DNA of 64,000 bases from Patescibacteria group bacterium (lineage in GTDB: Bacteria; Patescibacteriota; WWE3; 2-01-FULL-39-13). The stretch is taken from the NCBI GenBank assembly GCA_048499955.1, contig JASNYX010000002.1, positions 68,513 to 132,512 on the forward strand, read 5' to 3'. A program made the position numbers and the translations under genes. Below are positions 51,067 to 60,488 of the stretch, piece after piece; position 1 is the stretch's first letter; each line of letters begins with the position of its first letter. The notes under the pieces were generated by a model. That model made no database searches, was not told the origin of the DNA, and was given only the letters and a program-made list of their open reading frames with translations.

Positions 51067-51846
51067 TTACGTCTCCCACGATTTCCAAAGTTTTTCAAAC
51101 CCCGCCAACCATAAGTCTTTTTGCCCAAGCTCACCCATCGAAATACGCAAAAACACATCAATATCTAATGAATTATGATGAGTAACAAATGGACGAGCAT
51201 CAGCTCCTCCGGCAGTATTTTCGAGTACCGGCGTTTCGACTTCCAAAAACCCTTTTTCAAGAAGAAAACTTCGGAAACTATTCCAAAACTTTGCCTTCTT
51301 ATAAAACAGCTCCCTTAATTCAGGATTTAAAATGAAATCAACGTATCTTTGACGATACCTTTCTTCTTCATCTTTAATCCCAAAATGCATACTCGGAAGT
51401 GGTCTGACTGATTTTGTCAGCAACTTTAGCTCATGAACTAAAATTGAGATTTCACCTCTTTTAGTTTTTGTAACCTCACCTGTAACCTCAACAAAATCAC
51501 CAATATCTAAAAGATTTAGCTTTTCAAAGTCTAGCGTTCCTTTTTCCGCATTAAACAACATTCCCTGATCAGCTTTCAAATATAGCTGAATGTGACCTGA
51601 TTCATCTGAAACATCAGCAAAAGCCAGAGCTCCGTGCTCCCTCCAAGATAATATACGACCACACACAGAAACATTTGATCCTTCAAGTTTTTCAAAATTA
51701 TCAACAATCTCCGAAATATCATGTGATCGATTCCCACTTGCTAGATAAGGGTCAATTCCTAATTCGCGAATCTTATTAATTTTTTGAATTCTGATTTGTC
51801 GTAGCTGGTCTAGAGGAAGTTGAGTTGGAGAAATATTCGTATCCAT
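51067..51846 (-). CDS. lysS: Lysyl-tRNA synthetase (class II), N-terminal portion (anticodon-binding OB domain and start of catalytic core), ending at an in-frame TAA at 51067-51069
   Basis: FLEVETPVLENTAGGADARPFVTHHNSLDIDVFLRIS...GFEKL matches the LysRS core. The stop falls one codon before the conserved FRNEG. Confidence 0.8.
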   Translation of the reverse strand: MDTNISPTQLPLDQLRQIRIQKINKIRELGIDPYLASGNRSHDISEIVDNFEKLEGSNVSVCGRILSWREHGALAFADVSDESGHIQLYLKADQGMLFNAEKGTLDFEKLNLLDIGDFVEVTGEVTKTKRGEISILVHELKLLTKSVRPLPSMHFGIKDEEERYRQRYVDFILNPELRELFYKKAKFWNSFRSFLLEKGFLEVETPVLENTAGGADARPFVTHHNSLDIDVFLRISMGELGQKDLWLAGFEKLWKSWET

Positions 51847-51887
51847 GCGGGAATTTTAACATCCGCTAAAGGAAAAGCACAGATACC

Positions 51888-53255
51888 TTACTCGGAATGG
51901 TATCGGGATTCCATCAATTTATATATATCGTAGTTTTCGTACTTGTTGAAAAGTTCGCGTGCAGAATTTTCGTCCCCGGACTTCTTCATCTCATCAGTAA
52001 TATCGGCGAGTTCGATTAGTCCCATAGATAACTTCATGTAATCCACATCGATTAATCCATCTTCTGCTATTTTTATACCGCCAACTTCGGAGAGATAATT
52101 AAGTGCTAAAGTGTAACCTCGTACATACGGAACTAAAGCCTTACTATACGTCTTGGGGTCCAGATTACTAAAATAATTGCTGATTGCTCTACCAATAAAT
52201 CTTAATACCATCATCATTTCGTATTCCTCATGCCTTAATGCTCCAACTAACACATGTTGTGCAGCAATTTTAGTACCCATCAGCGAAGAGTGAAGCTCTT
52301 TCAGCGGCAAATACATATCTTTAAATCGTTGTTCTTCGTTAGGGTATTTAAGAAATGCCTCGGCGATTTCGTGTGTCAAAACACTTCTTACAAAACCGGT
52401 TCTAATATCATACTCAGAAAATTTGGCCAATGAATCTTCCGTTATAAATTTCTTCATAACAGGAGAAAGCACGCCTTTTTCACGTTCAATTATATTTGTT
52501 GTATTTATGAGAATCTTTGTTCCGAATTTTTTAAGCTTTTCGTAATTGTTTGGATAATTAGAACCCATCGCCGGAGAGTATGCCTGTTTTCCGGCTCTAG
52601 CTAAAACATCATCCACACGGATTATTACTTTTTGATCCGCCATTTCATCTGAAGATTTCGTAGTAGAAGACATCCTAATAGCCCTAACAATCTCTATGTA
52701 AGGGTCCGGCCTAAAGTCGACAGTCGAGGTAGTCATTCTTAAACTTCCCTGGAACCCATATTTAATGTTCAACAAACCGTCGATATAAGGCTCAACAGGT
52801 GCCAACTGTAAATCAAGTACATTTCCCTCCTGAACTAACCAGTAGTCTTCCAATTGATCCCAATCGTTTGTGTTACAAGCAATGATTAGCTTACTAATAT
52901 AGCCTGATAGTCTGGCATCAGTAATAAATTCTAAGGCCTGATTGGCAAGTACAACAATTCTTTGGAGGTCTTCTTTATATTCTTCTGAAAATGGGACTGA
53001 GTACAGGTCACCTGATTCTGCTCGCTTAATTACTGTAAAGTGGCTTAAAAGTGTCGGATCTTTTTCACCTGCTTTTAGAACTTCTTCTTTTGTAGCGTCA
53101 TGAGGGTAAAAATTGCTCCCGACAAAATCAAGATTGATCTGCTTCTCAAATATTTCACCACAGATTTTGAGCATGTCTTGAATAAGGGCGACAGCTTTCA
53201 AATCTACATCGGACAAGGCAGTTTTATTAAATTCCTGTTCAGTATAATAATTCAT
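51888..53255 (-). CDS. Hypothetical protein
   Basis: 455 aa soluble ORF. No confident motif (THEIAEAF is not a true HExxH). Confidence 0.4.
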   Translation of the reverse strand: MNYYTEQEFNKTALSDVDLKAVALIQDMLKICGEIFEKQINLDFVGSNFYPHDATKEEVLKAGEKDPTLLSHFTVIKRAESGDLYSVPFSEEYKEDLQRIVVLANQALEFITDARLSGYISKLIIACNTNDWDQLEDYWLVQEGNVLDLQLAPVEPYIDGLLNIKYGFQGSLRMTTSTVDFRPDPYIEIVRAIRMSSTTKSSDEMADQKVIIRVDDVLARAGKQAYSPAMGSNYPNNYEKLKKFGTKILINTTNIIEREKGVLSPVMKKFITEDSLAKFSEYDIRTGFVRSVLTHEIAEAFLKYPNEEQRFKDMYLPLKELHSSLMGTKIAAQHVLVGALRHEEYEMMMVLRFIGRAISNYFSNLDPKTYSKALVPYVRGYTLALNYLSEVGGIKIAEDGLIDVDYMKLSMGLIELADITDEMKKSGDENSARELFNKYENYDIYKLMESRYHSE

Positions 53256-53280
53256 TAATTATTTTCTTTTGAGCGGGGCT

Positions 53281-53760
53281 TCACCTGATTTCCAAAACAC
53301 GATACTCGGAAACGATAATAGGTGTTTTCACAATTACAATATCACCTTTCTTTGCTCCAATGAGAGCTTTACCAACCGGCGATTCATTCGAAATCAGTCG
53401 TTCCGACGGATTTGCTTCTGCACTACCAACAATCTTGAAAGTCTGTTCCTGTCCGTTTACTTTTAAAACCACAACTGAACCAAGCTCAACTGTGTAGTGC
53501 GTTTTAGCCTCTTCGACAACAACTGAGCTCGAAAGAATACTCTCAATCTCAGCAATTCTTCCTTCGATGTAACCTTGTTGTTCCAATGCAGCATCATAAA
53601 CAAGATTTTCCTCTATATTTCCCATGTCGCGGGCTTCCTTGATTTTAGTGGCAATCTCAGTACGCGCAACCTGGCGTAGGTGATCCAATTCCTCTTTAAG
53701 CTTTTTATAGCCTGTTTGAGTTAAATAATTTTGAGTTGTTGCCATTTTATTTAATATCAA
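53281..53760 (-). CDS. GreA-family transcript cleavage factor paralog with an altered acidic tip (GNIEEN)
   Basis: 159 aa with GreA N-terminal coiled-coil and C-terminal FKBP-like domains. The first catalytic acidic residue is replaced (D to N). Confidence 0.7.
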   Translation of the reverse strand: MILNKMATTQNYLTQTGYKKLKEELDHLRQVARTEIATKIKEARDMGNIEENLVYDAALEQQGYIEGRIAEIESILSSSVVVEEAKTHYTVELGSVVVLKVNGQEQTFKIVGSAEANPSERLISNESPVGKALIGAKKGDIVIVKTPIIVSEYRVLEIR

Positions 53761-54220
53761 TAATTTTATATTTTATTACTCCCATAGGAGCATTCACCTC
53801 AATGATTTCTCCTATTTCGCGTCCTAAAAGTGCTTGACCTAACGGAGACTCATGCGAAATTTTACCGGCAAGAGAATCTACCTCCTCGGTACCTACAACG
53901 GAATATTCCACTGTTTGCTTCTGGGACTCAAGTTTGACTTTTGATCCCAATGATACAGCTTTACTACCTCCATTATCAATAGGGGTTTCAGCAACCTGTG
54001 CATTTTTAATAATATCTTCAACTTCAAAAATACGGCCCTGAACCTGCCCCTGCTTTTCACGCATAGCAGTGTACATACCGTTTTCGCTTAAATCACCCAT
54101 AGATCTAGCCTCTTGTAGGTTTCTTAGCACCTCAGGCAATTGCACTGTCTGCAATTCATGGAGTTCTTTCTTTAATTCTTCGTACCCATCACGGGTAAGT
54201 AATATTTTTTGTCCTATCAT
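53747..54220 (-). CDS. greA: Transcription elongation factor GreA
   Basis: 157 aa with the MGDLSENGMY acidic tip motif. C-terminal domain conserved. Confidence 0.8.
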   Translation of the reverse strand: MIGQKILLTRDGYEELKKELHELQTVQLPEVLRNLQEARSMGDLSENGMYTAMREKQGQVQGRIFEVEDIIKNAQVAETPIDNGGSKAVSLGSKVKLESQKQTVEYSVVGTEEVDSLAGKISHESPLGQALLGREIGEIIEVNAPMGVIKYKIIDIK

Positions 54221-54655
54221 GGTTTTCCTTTTTTCTAGAAACAGCGGTCTAACCCAAAGCGGGCTTAGAAGCTATTTATAAGAATGAGAGATGTGTAACT
54301 CAGAAATTGTATCTGAATTATAGATCAAGTCAATCTCCCCCGGGAAACGTGATGATACACCTTCCCCAACGAAGATACAATATATAGATCTGCATGAATA
54401 TTAATATAAATAGATGCTTTTGGTCAATAGCATCCCTAACTACTCTTATATATCCCTTTATACGCCCGCTACGCCGAATTTATTCGATTATTCTGGGCAA
54501 GCTAAATAAAAGTCCAAATCTGATATACCTGCCCCTCAGAGCTCGATAGGCAGAAAGCTTCACACACACGGTATTGTTGTCGCCATTTAGTAACCAGAAA
54601 TCCTTCGACAGACGCGATTAGGCTGATTCGTGATAAAATTTGTCAGATTAAATTC

Positions 54656-54730
54656 GGCCCCTTCGTCTATCGATTAGGACACCAGGTTCTCATCCTGGAA
54701 AGATGGGTTTGATTCCCATAGGGGTCACCA
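54656..54730 (+). tRNA. tRNA-Glu(CUC)-like gene, 75 nt, with non-canonical D- and T-loops, overlapping the 3' end of the recombinase gene; probable integration target/attL
   Basis: Hand-folded. Acceptor stem GGCCCCU/AGGGGUC, D-stem GUCU/GGAC, anticodon stem CCAGG/CCUGG with loop UUCUCAU (anticodon CUC), T-stem AUGGG/CCCAU, discriminator A, encoded CCA. The 5' half is near-identical to E. coli tRNA-Glu (GUCCCCUUCGUCUA...AGGACACC). G18G19 and C56 are absent. Confidence 0.5.
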
Positions 54731-56397
54731 TCAGGGACTAAGGCCGCAGCAAACTGCGGTTTTAGTCCTAAATATCGGACTAATTTTGGTGTTCCAGAAA
54801 GCAAATCTTGGTAGGTTGGCGTTTCTTCAAAAAGTAGGCTGAAATACTCTGCCTGCTTGAGTGGATTTTGCCCGTGTAGCAACAATTCTTCGAGGTGTTC
54901 CAGAAAATATCCTACGTTATCCATAACGACATCCATCCGAGTCTCCTTTCCTTGGTCTGACTTTTCTTGTTTGCTGTTTTCAAGTTGAGTGATTTCCTGC
55001 TCAACTTTGATCAAATCTTCCTCCATATATTTAATTGCCACTTCAGAAGACAGATAGCGGATTTTCTCGGCGATAGCTTTGGCGGTCATTCTTAGTTCAG
55101 AGATTTTGGTTTCTATAGTGGTAGTATCTTTTTCCTGCTCATCCTGGCGCTGATTCCACAACTCCATAACGTGCGCTTTGAGCTTCTCGACATATTCTGG
55201 TGTGATATCCAAGTTTTTCACAAAGTTTTCTATGGTCTGATTGAAGTCTTTGTTGGGTACTCGGAAATAGTGGCCACGTTTATTGCAATGGTATGCAGGA
55301 TAGTATTTGCCCAGCTTGCCTCTCGATGCACTGCCAAACAGTGGCTTGCGGCAGTGTGGACATAGAACATGACGTTTGTATGGAAAATCCGGATTTTTGA
55401 CCTGTTTGTTTAACAGCCAAGGTTTTGGCGTTTGTTTCCAAAACCGCACCTCTCCATTTTCTTCAACCAAAACTCTTTTGCCTTTATTTGCCTTGTTGTA
55501 CAACTCTATAGATACCAAGCCTTCAAATTTGCCCTTTACCGGTTGGCCTTCCGTCCATTTTTCGACATTAACACCAGCATAGATAGGATTTTGTATAAAT
55601 CTCCAGAATTGTTTTATTCTGAGTTTGTTGTTACCAATTTCACCGATCACTTTTGTTTTGTCTTTTGAGTCACGTTTGTACATCTTTCTGGTACGGAAAC
55701 CCAATGCATTTACTTCGTCAACGATCTGTTCATCGTTTAATGTCCCTCTAGCACGTAGCTCGAACATTTTGGCAATCCATTCTGATTCTTCTGGATGTGG
55801 CTTTAGGACCACACGTTTACCGTGAGAAGTCTCAATTTTCTCGTTCACATAGCCAAATGGCGGTTGTCTGACTCTAAATCCCAAGCGTACATAGCGGATT
55901 TCAGCACCGATCATGCGGGTCATGATGTCGCGCATCTCGTCTTTAGCCCGCTCAGCTTCGAGTATTTCAGCCTTTTTAGTTGGACTGTAAATGCTCCAGT
56001 CATATTGGATGTTTAGATGTTCTAATGTATTTACTTCTTGGCTGCCGATAATGCCATAGATATCAACCAGTCTGACTCCATATTTAGTAAGTTGCATTTT
56101 CAAATGGTCATACAAATATGATCCGCCGCGAGTAAACCGATCGATGGATTTGATTATGAAAAGCTGCACATCATTTTTAGGATCTTTGCAGTAATCTATG
56201 GCTTCCTGAACAGGTTGCTCTTCTTTGGAAGCTGACTCCATAAAGATAAAGAATTTCTTGATCTTGATGTTGTGTGCTTGGGCAAACCGCTCAATCTGTT
56301 CTTTCTGCGCTTCCGGTGAATCGCCCTGCAAACCCTGCTTTACTGATGAAATTCTGATGGCGGCGACGGCATTTTCCTGAGCAGTTTGGCTATTCAT
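54667..56397 (-). CDS. Large serine recombinase (resolvase-domain integrase)
   Basis: 576 aa. N-terminal resolvase catalytic domain (AVAAIRISSVKQ... with Ser nucleophile context, DRFTRG), recombinase domain, a zinc-ribbon-like Cys pattern (CPHCRK...C) and a C-terminal coiled-coil. Confidence 0.85.
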   Translation of the reverse strand: MNSQTAQENAVAAIRISSVKQGLQGDSPEAQKEQIERFAQAHNIKIKKFFIFMESASKEEQPVQEAIDYCKDPKNDVQLFIIKSIDRFTRGGSYLYDHLKMQLTKYGVRLVDIYGIIGSQEVNTLEHLNIQYDWSIYSPTKKAEILEAERAKDEMRDIMTRMIGAEIRYVRLGFRVRQPPFGYVNEKIETSHGKRVVLKPHPEESEWIAKMFELRARGTLNDEQIVDEVNALGFRTRKMYKRDSKDKTKVIGEIGNNKLRIKQFWRFIQNPIYAGVNVEKWTEGQPVKGKFEGLVSIELYNKANKGKRVLVEENGEVRFWKQTPKPWLLNKQVKNPDFPYKRHVLCPHCRKPLFGSASRGKLGKYYPAYHCNKRGHYFRVPNKDFNQTIENFVKNLDITPEYVEKLKAHVMELWNQRQDEQEKDTTTIETKISELRMTAKAIAEKIRYLSSEVAIKYMEEDLIKVEQEITQLENSKQEKSDQGKETRMDVVMDNVGYFLEHLEELLLHGQNPLKQAEYFSLLFEETPTYQDLLSGTPKLVRYLGLKPQFAAALVPDGDPYGNQTHLSRMRTWCPNR

Positions 56398-56576
56398 ACG
56401 TTTACCTGATGTTTATTGGTAGTTACCCGTACTATTCCGCTTTTCTTGTCTTCTATGATCCGGTCTACTATCAGATGGGCCAGCGTTTTTAGCCATTCTT
56501 CGTTGTGATCAGCACTCGAAGTTTTTGAGGTTTCAGAGGTTGTTGTAATTTGTTTTACCCGATTGTCTTGTCTCAT
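56394..56576 (-). CDS. Small hypothetical protein overlap-coupled upstream of the recombinase (possible directionality factor)
   Basis: About 60 aa. The track ORF starts at a TTG, and the ATG at 56576 is the more likely start. Its stop overlaps the recombinase start (ATGA). Confidence 0.25.
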   Translation of the reverse strand: MRQDNRVKQITTTSETSKTSSADHNEEWLKTLAHLIVDRIIEDKKSGIVRVTTNKHQVNV

Positions 56577-56736
56577 ACCTGCTCTATACAACTATCCATT
56601 ATACGGATAGTATAGACACTTTCAAGCAGAGTGTCAAGGCAAAATATTAACCAATTTGGACTGTTATTTCTTTACTCTTGATGTGTTTTGATATAGACTG
56701 CTTGCTAATCTGCCTCTAGTAAAAAACTAAGGCAAA

Positions 56737-59385
56737 ATGGACGCTCTAAACACTAACCCACTGCTTCAATATCTTAACCCCAGCTTTGATAATTTGTCCT
56801 CTAGATTCCAACTGATTTTGTCGATTTTTCCTTTCAGTGAGATTGTATTCTGGCTAGGTATATTTTTACTCGCGATAGTAGTTTTTAGCGGAGTGCTTTA
56901 TCTCGTCCACAAGTTTGTGCTCGTATATCTCCAGCTAAAGGAAACGTATACATTTCTAGAAGTCACTCCACCCAAAGAAACACTCAAAAGCTCATATACC
57001 ACCCAACAGCTGTTTAATCTATTGCACGGATTGGCTAGACAACGCTCCTGGTGGCAAAGGTTTATTGGAAGTCAAAAAAACTATGCCTTTGAAATAGTAT
57101 CGACCAAGGACGATGGGATCAGGTACTTGCTTCGGGTCAACGAAGAAGATGCGGATCTGATTAAGAAGAGCTTGCTGTCTTATCTCCCAGGTTTAAGCGT
57201 CACTGTTGCTAAGGATTATATGACTGAAAGTTTTGATACTCACAAAAGAGTTATTGCCCAATTTGGACTGGCAAATCACTTTGCATTTCCTCTCAAAAAA
57301 CAGGATGAGTTGGGAGAACACGATCCGATTGCATATATTACCGGCAACATGACCAAGCTTTCAAAGGATGAGCTGGTAGTTTTCCAACTGGTTGCTTCAC
57401 CGGTCAACAAAAGTGCTATTTCTGATATCAGGCGTATCTCTCATCTGATTTATGCTAATAAAGATTTAATTTCCGGTTTAAAGGCAATTAGAGCAGCCGG
57501 TTTATTTGTTGGTATCTTTAAGGGAGTTATTTTTCTTGGCTTTTATGTACTGACTTTGCCGATAGGCATTGTAGTATTTCTGGCTTCTAATGGGCGTGAA
57601 GGTCCGTTATTGCCATTGCCTTTTGGAAATGAACCGGCCAAAACAGCTAATCCGTACCAAGAGGAATTGGAGATTTCAATCAAAGCCAAGCTCGATCAGC
57701 AGCTTTTTGCCACCAGCATCAGGCTATTAGTAGTCGGCAACAACAGGACTGATAACTACAAAAGAGTCCGGGGTTTTGTTTCCTCACTGGCTTCTTTTAG
57801 CAATTCGGCCTATCAGTTCATCAAAAGAGCAAGAGAACTAAAGGTTAATTACTATGAAAGATATAAACAGTTCTGTTTCAGACAACGCCTTCCTGCATTT
57901 TTCACTTCTATCCTGTCCGTTTCAGAAGTGGCTGACCTCTATCATTTTCCTTTCACCAAAACCACTAGAACTGAGGATATTCAAAAAATTCACAGTAAAG
58001 AATTGCCAGCTCCAGTTTCATTAAAAAAAGCTAACGACTTGGATGTAGTCTTTGCCAAAAACACGTATGGCGGCAACACTACTATGATTGGGCTTAACCA
58101 GGAAGAGCGCCGTCGACACATGTATATTCTTGGTGCAACCGGTACGGGTAAGTCCACCATGCTTTTATCCATGATTAACCAGGATTTGCAGAACGGGAAA
58201 GGCCTCTGCGTCATTGATCCGCATGGTGAGCTGATTGATAGCATCTTGCCGCTTATCCCTGAAAACAGAATCAAAGATGTTGTGTATTTCAACCCTGATG
58301 ATATTAGTTATCCCGTTGGATTGAATCTGCTGGAACTGCCAACCGATATCACCGGCGATCCGTTGCTGCGGGAAAAAGAGCTCATTACTGAAAGCATTAT
58401 TTCGCTTTTTCATAAAATCTATGATGATAAGTACTCCGGCCCTAGAATGGAATATATTCTGCGGAACACTATCCATACGGCATTTACTACCGAAAATCCG
58501 ACCTTATTTACGATCTATAAGTTGCTGATAAATGAAGACTTCCGAAAGAAAGTAACAAGCAAGCTGGAAGAAGAAAACCTACATGATTTTTGGAAATATG
58601 AATTTTCCAAAGCCGGTGACTACCAGAAAGTGAAAATGATTTCCCCGATTACTAACAAAATAGGTCGGTTTTTATTCTCGCCAACTGCCAAACGCATCCT
58701 GGAACAGGAAAAATCCACTATTAACTTTGATGACATTATGGATTCCGGCAAAATCCTTCTTTGTAATGTCTCCAAGGGTAAGATCGGGGAAGACAACTCG
58801 CAGGTATTCGGAACATTGGTAATGACCAAGATTCAACTGGCAGCACTCAAACGGGCAAGACAAAAGAGCGATACTAGACGGGACTTTTATCTCTATGTGG
58901 ATGAATTCCAAAACTTTGCCACACCATCATTCGCCCAAATACTCTCTGAAGCCAGAAAGTACCGCCTGAATGCAATCCTGGCTCACCAAACAACTTCTCA
59001 GCTGGAAGACAAGTCACTAGTGCATGTCACACTTGCCAATACTGGTACCGTCATTTGTTTTAGGACTGCCAATCCCGAAGATGAACGGTTGATCCTGCCG
59101 CAATTCATTCCCTATGTCCAGCCGGGTGAAATTGATAATCTGCCCTCATTCCACTTCTATATCAAGATTGCCGCCCTCCGGCCGGAAGAACCATTTTCCG
59201 GGGAAACCATGCCAGTCAAGGTGCCAGACATTCCGGCAATGGTACAACAAATTATTGAGGCTTCGAGAGTTCATTTTGCCAAGGAGTTTGTGGCAACGGC
59301 TTCGACGTTTAAGCCGAAAGCTATTCCCAATAAGCGTGCGTTTAAGACAAAGACGAATAAGAAAAGCGATGTTTTTCCTGACTGA
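56737..59385 (+). CDS. TraD/TraG/VirD4-family type IV coupling protein-like ATPase with a long N-terminal membrane/unknown domain
   Basis: N-terminal TM helices. Walker A ILGATGTGKST, Walker B YLYVDEFQNF, and the conserved ARKYRLNAILAHQTTSQL block characteristic of TraG/TraD/HerA-FtsK-like DNA translocases. Confidence 0.6.
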   Translation: MDALNTNPLLQYLNPSFDNLSSRFQLILSIFPFSEIVFWLGIFLLAIVVFSGVLYLVHKFVLVYLQLKETYTFLEVTPPKETLKSSYTTQQLFNLLHGLARQRSWWQRFIGSQKNYAFEIVSTKDDGIRYLLRVNEEDADLIKKSLLSYLPGLSVTVAKDYMTESFDTHKRVIAQFGLANHFAFPLKKQDELGEHDPIAYITGNMTKLSKDELVVFQLVASPVNKSAISDIRRISHLIYANKDLISGLKAIRAAGLFVGIFKGVIFLGFYVLTLPIGIVVFLASNGREGPLLPLPFGNEPAKTANPYQEELEISIKAKLDQQLFATSIRLLVVGNNRTDNYKRVRGFVSSLASFSNSAYQFIKRARELKVNYYERYKQFCFRQRLPAFFTSILSVSEVADLYHFPFTKTTRTEDIQKIHSKELPAPVSLKKANDLDVVFAKNTYGGNTTMIGLNQEERRRHMYILGATGTGKSTMLLSMINQDLQNGKGLCVIDPHGELIDSILPLIPENRIKDVVYFNPDDISYPVGLNLLELPTDITGDPLLREKELITESIISLFHKIYDDKYSGPRMEYILRNTIHTAFTTENPTLFTIYKLLINEDFRKKVTSKLEEENLHDFWKYEFSKAGDYQKVKMISPITNKIGRFLFSPTAKRILEQEKSTINFDDIMDSGKILLCNVSKGKIGEDNSQVFGTLVMTKIQLAALKRARQKSDTRRDFYLYVDEFQNFATPSFAQILSEARKYRLNAILAHQTTSQLEDKSLVHVTLANTGTVICFRTANPEDERLILPQFIPYVQPGEIDNLPSFHFYIKIAALRPEEPFSGETMPVKVPDIPAMVQQIIEASRVHFAKEFVATASTFKPKAIPNKRAFKTKTNKKSDVFPD

Positions 59386-59487
59386 AAATGTAACAGCCGG
59401 TTGTTACAAAAAATCAATCAATTTTCAGGCTAAGGGAATACCTTTTCTTTACCTCTTTTCCTTTCTTAGAAAGGGAGGAATGAATAT

Positions 59488-60258
59488 ATGACTATATACG
59501 ATCTAACCGACAAACAACTTGAAATACTTCTGCTTATCTATCGGTTCCGTTTCCTTAATAGAAACCATATTCAACAATTCCTCAATCATAAAAATCATAG
59601 TCTTATCATCCGCTACCTAAATCAACTATCAGACTACCAACTCATCAACAAAATCCACTCCACCAAAAGAACAGACATCAACTCACCATCAGTCTATTAT
59701 CTGGCCACCAAAGCCAAGTCACTGCTTAAAGACTATGACAAATGTAACCCTGACCTCCTGGGGAGAGTCTATCGGGAAAAATACCGCTCCGAATCCTTTA
59801 GAAACCATTGTTTACTACTCGCTGACCTCTACTTCCTATTCCAAAAAGCAGCTGAAGAACAAAAAGCCATCTGTCACTTTTACACCGCAACCGATATTTC
59901 CACTGTTGCCTACGCACCACTACCACTGCCGGATGCTTATGTCACAATTAAAGAAAAGAATAAGCACATCAAGCGTTATTTTCTGGATATTTTTAATGAC
60001 GGTATGCCCATGTTTGCCGTGAGGAGGAGAATCAACCAGTACTGCCGCTACTATGCCGGCAATTTCTGGCAGGATCACAATAAAGATCCGTTTCCAAAAG
60101 TTTTTCTAATTTGCCCCACGGTCCGGGTCCAGAAATCACTCCTAAAATTTATCCCGCAAACATTGACGGTCGAAGGCGCCGATATTTCTTTCTTTCTTGG
60201 GTTAAAAGAAGACCTTGTAAAACGGGGAATCCGGCCGGATTCTTGGGAAGCAACCTAA
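59488..60258 (+). CDS. Replication-relaxation family protein
   Basis: N-terminal winged-helix-like LTDKQLEILLLIYRFRFLNRNHIQQFL pattern typical of the Replic_Relax family, found next to coupling proteins on Gram-positive ICEs/plasmids. Strong RBS AGGGAGGAATG. Confidence 0.5.
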   Translation: MTIYDLTDKQLEILLLIYRFRFLNRNHIQQFLNHKNHSLIIRYLNQLSDYQLINKIHSTKRTDINSPSVYYLATKAKSLLKDYDKCNPDLLGRVYREKYRSESFRNHCLLLADLYFLFQKAAEEQKAICHFYTATDISTVAYAPLPLPDAYVTIKEKNKHIKRYFLDIFNDGMPMFAVRRRINQYCRYYAGNFWQDHNKDPFPKVFLICPTVRVQKSLLKFIPQTLTVEGADISFFLGLKEDLVKRGIRPDSWEAT

Positions 60259-60259
60259 A

Positions 60260-60427
60260 CTACTTCCTCTTTTCTTCTTCTGATAGTATCTCGTGCCCAG
60301 CTCGCATAATTTTCTGCACCAGTACCGTTACAACCCCTTGCAAGTCGCTTCGGGTGAACTCGTTCTGGTTGTCGATGAGTTCCATGATTTCATCCTCATA
60401 CTGACTTGTTAGTCTTGGATCAATCAT
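60260..60427 (-). CDS. Unlisted 55-aa ORF (MIDPRLTSQYEDEIMELIDNQNEFTRSDLQGVVTVLVQKIMRAGHEILSEEEKRK) with a near-perfect Shine-Dalgarno sequence
   Basis: Manual translation. AAAGGAGGTGAATAAAT precedes the ATG. It lies downstream of the DUF2958 gene on the same strand. Confidence 0.3.
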   Translation of the reverse strand: MIDPRLTSQYEDEIMELIDNQNEFTRSDLQGVVTVLVQKIMRAGHEILSEEEKRK

Positions 60428-60467
60428 ATTTATTCACCTCCTTTATATTTTACTAAACTCACACTAC

Positions 60468-60488
60468 CGGCCGCGGGGTTATTCCCCG
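60468..60488. terminator. GC-rich hairpin CCGCGGGG-uuauu-CCCCGCGG between convergent/co-directional element genes
   Basis: Perfect 8-bp stem read from the sequence. It overlaps the DUF2958 stop codon region and is followed by UUUAU on the + strand. Possible bidirectional terminator or intercistronic structure. Confidence 0.35.
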
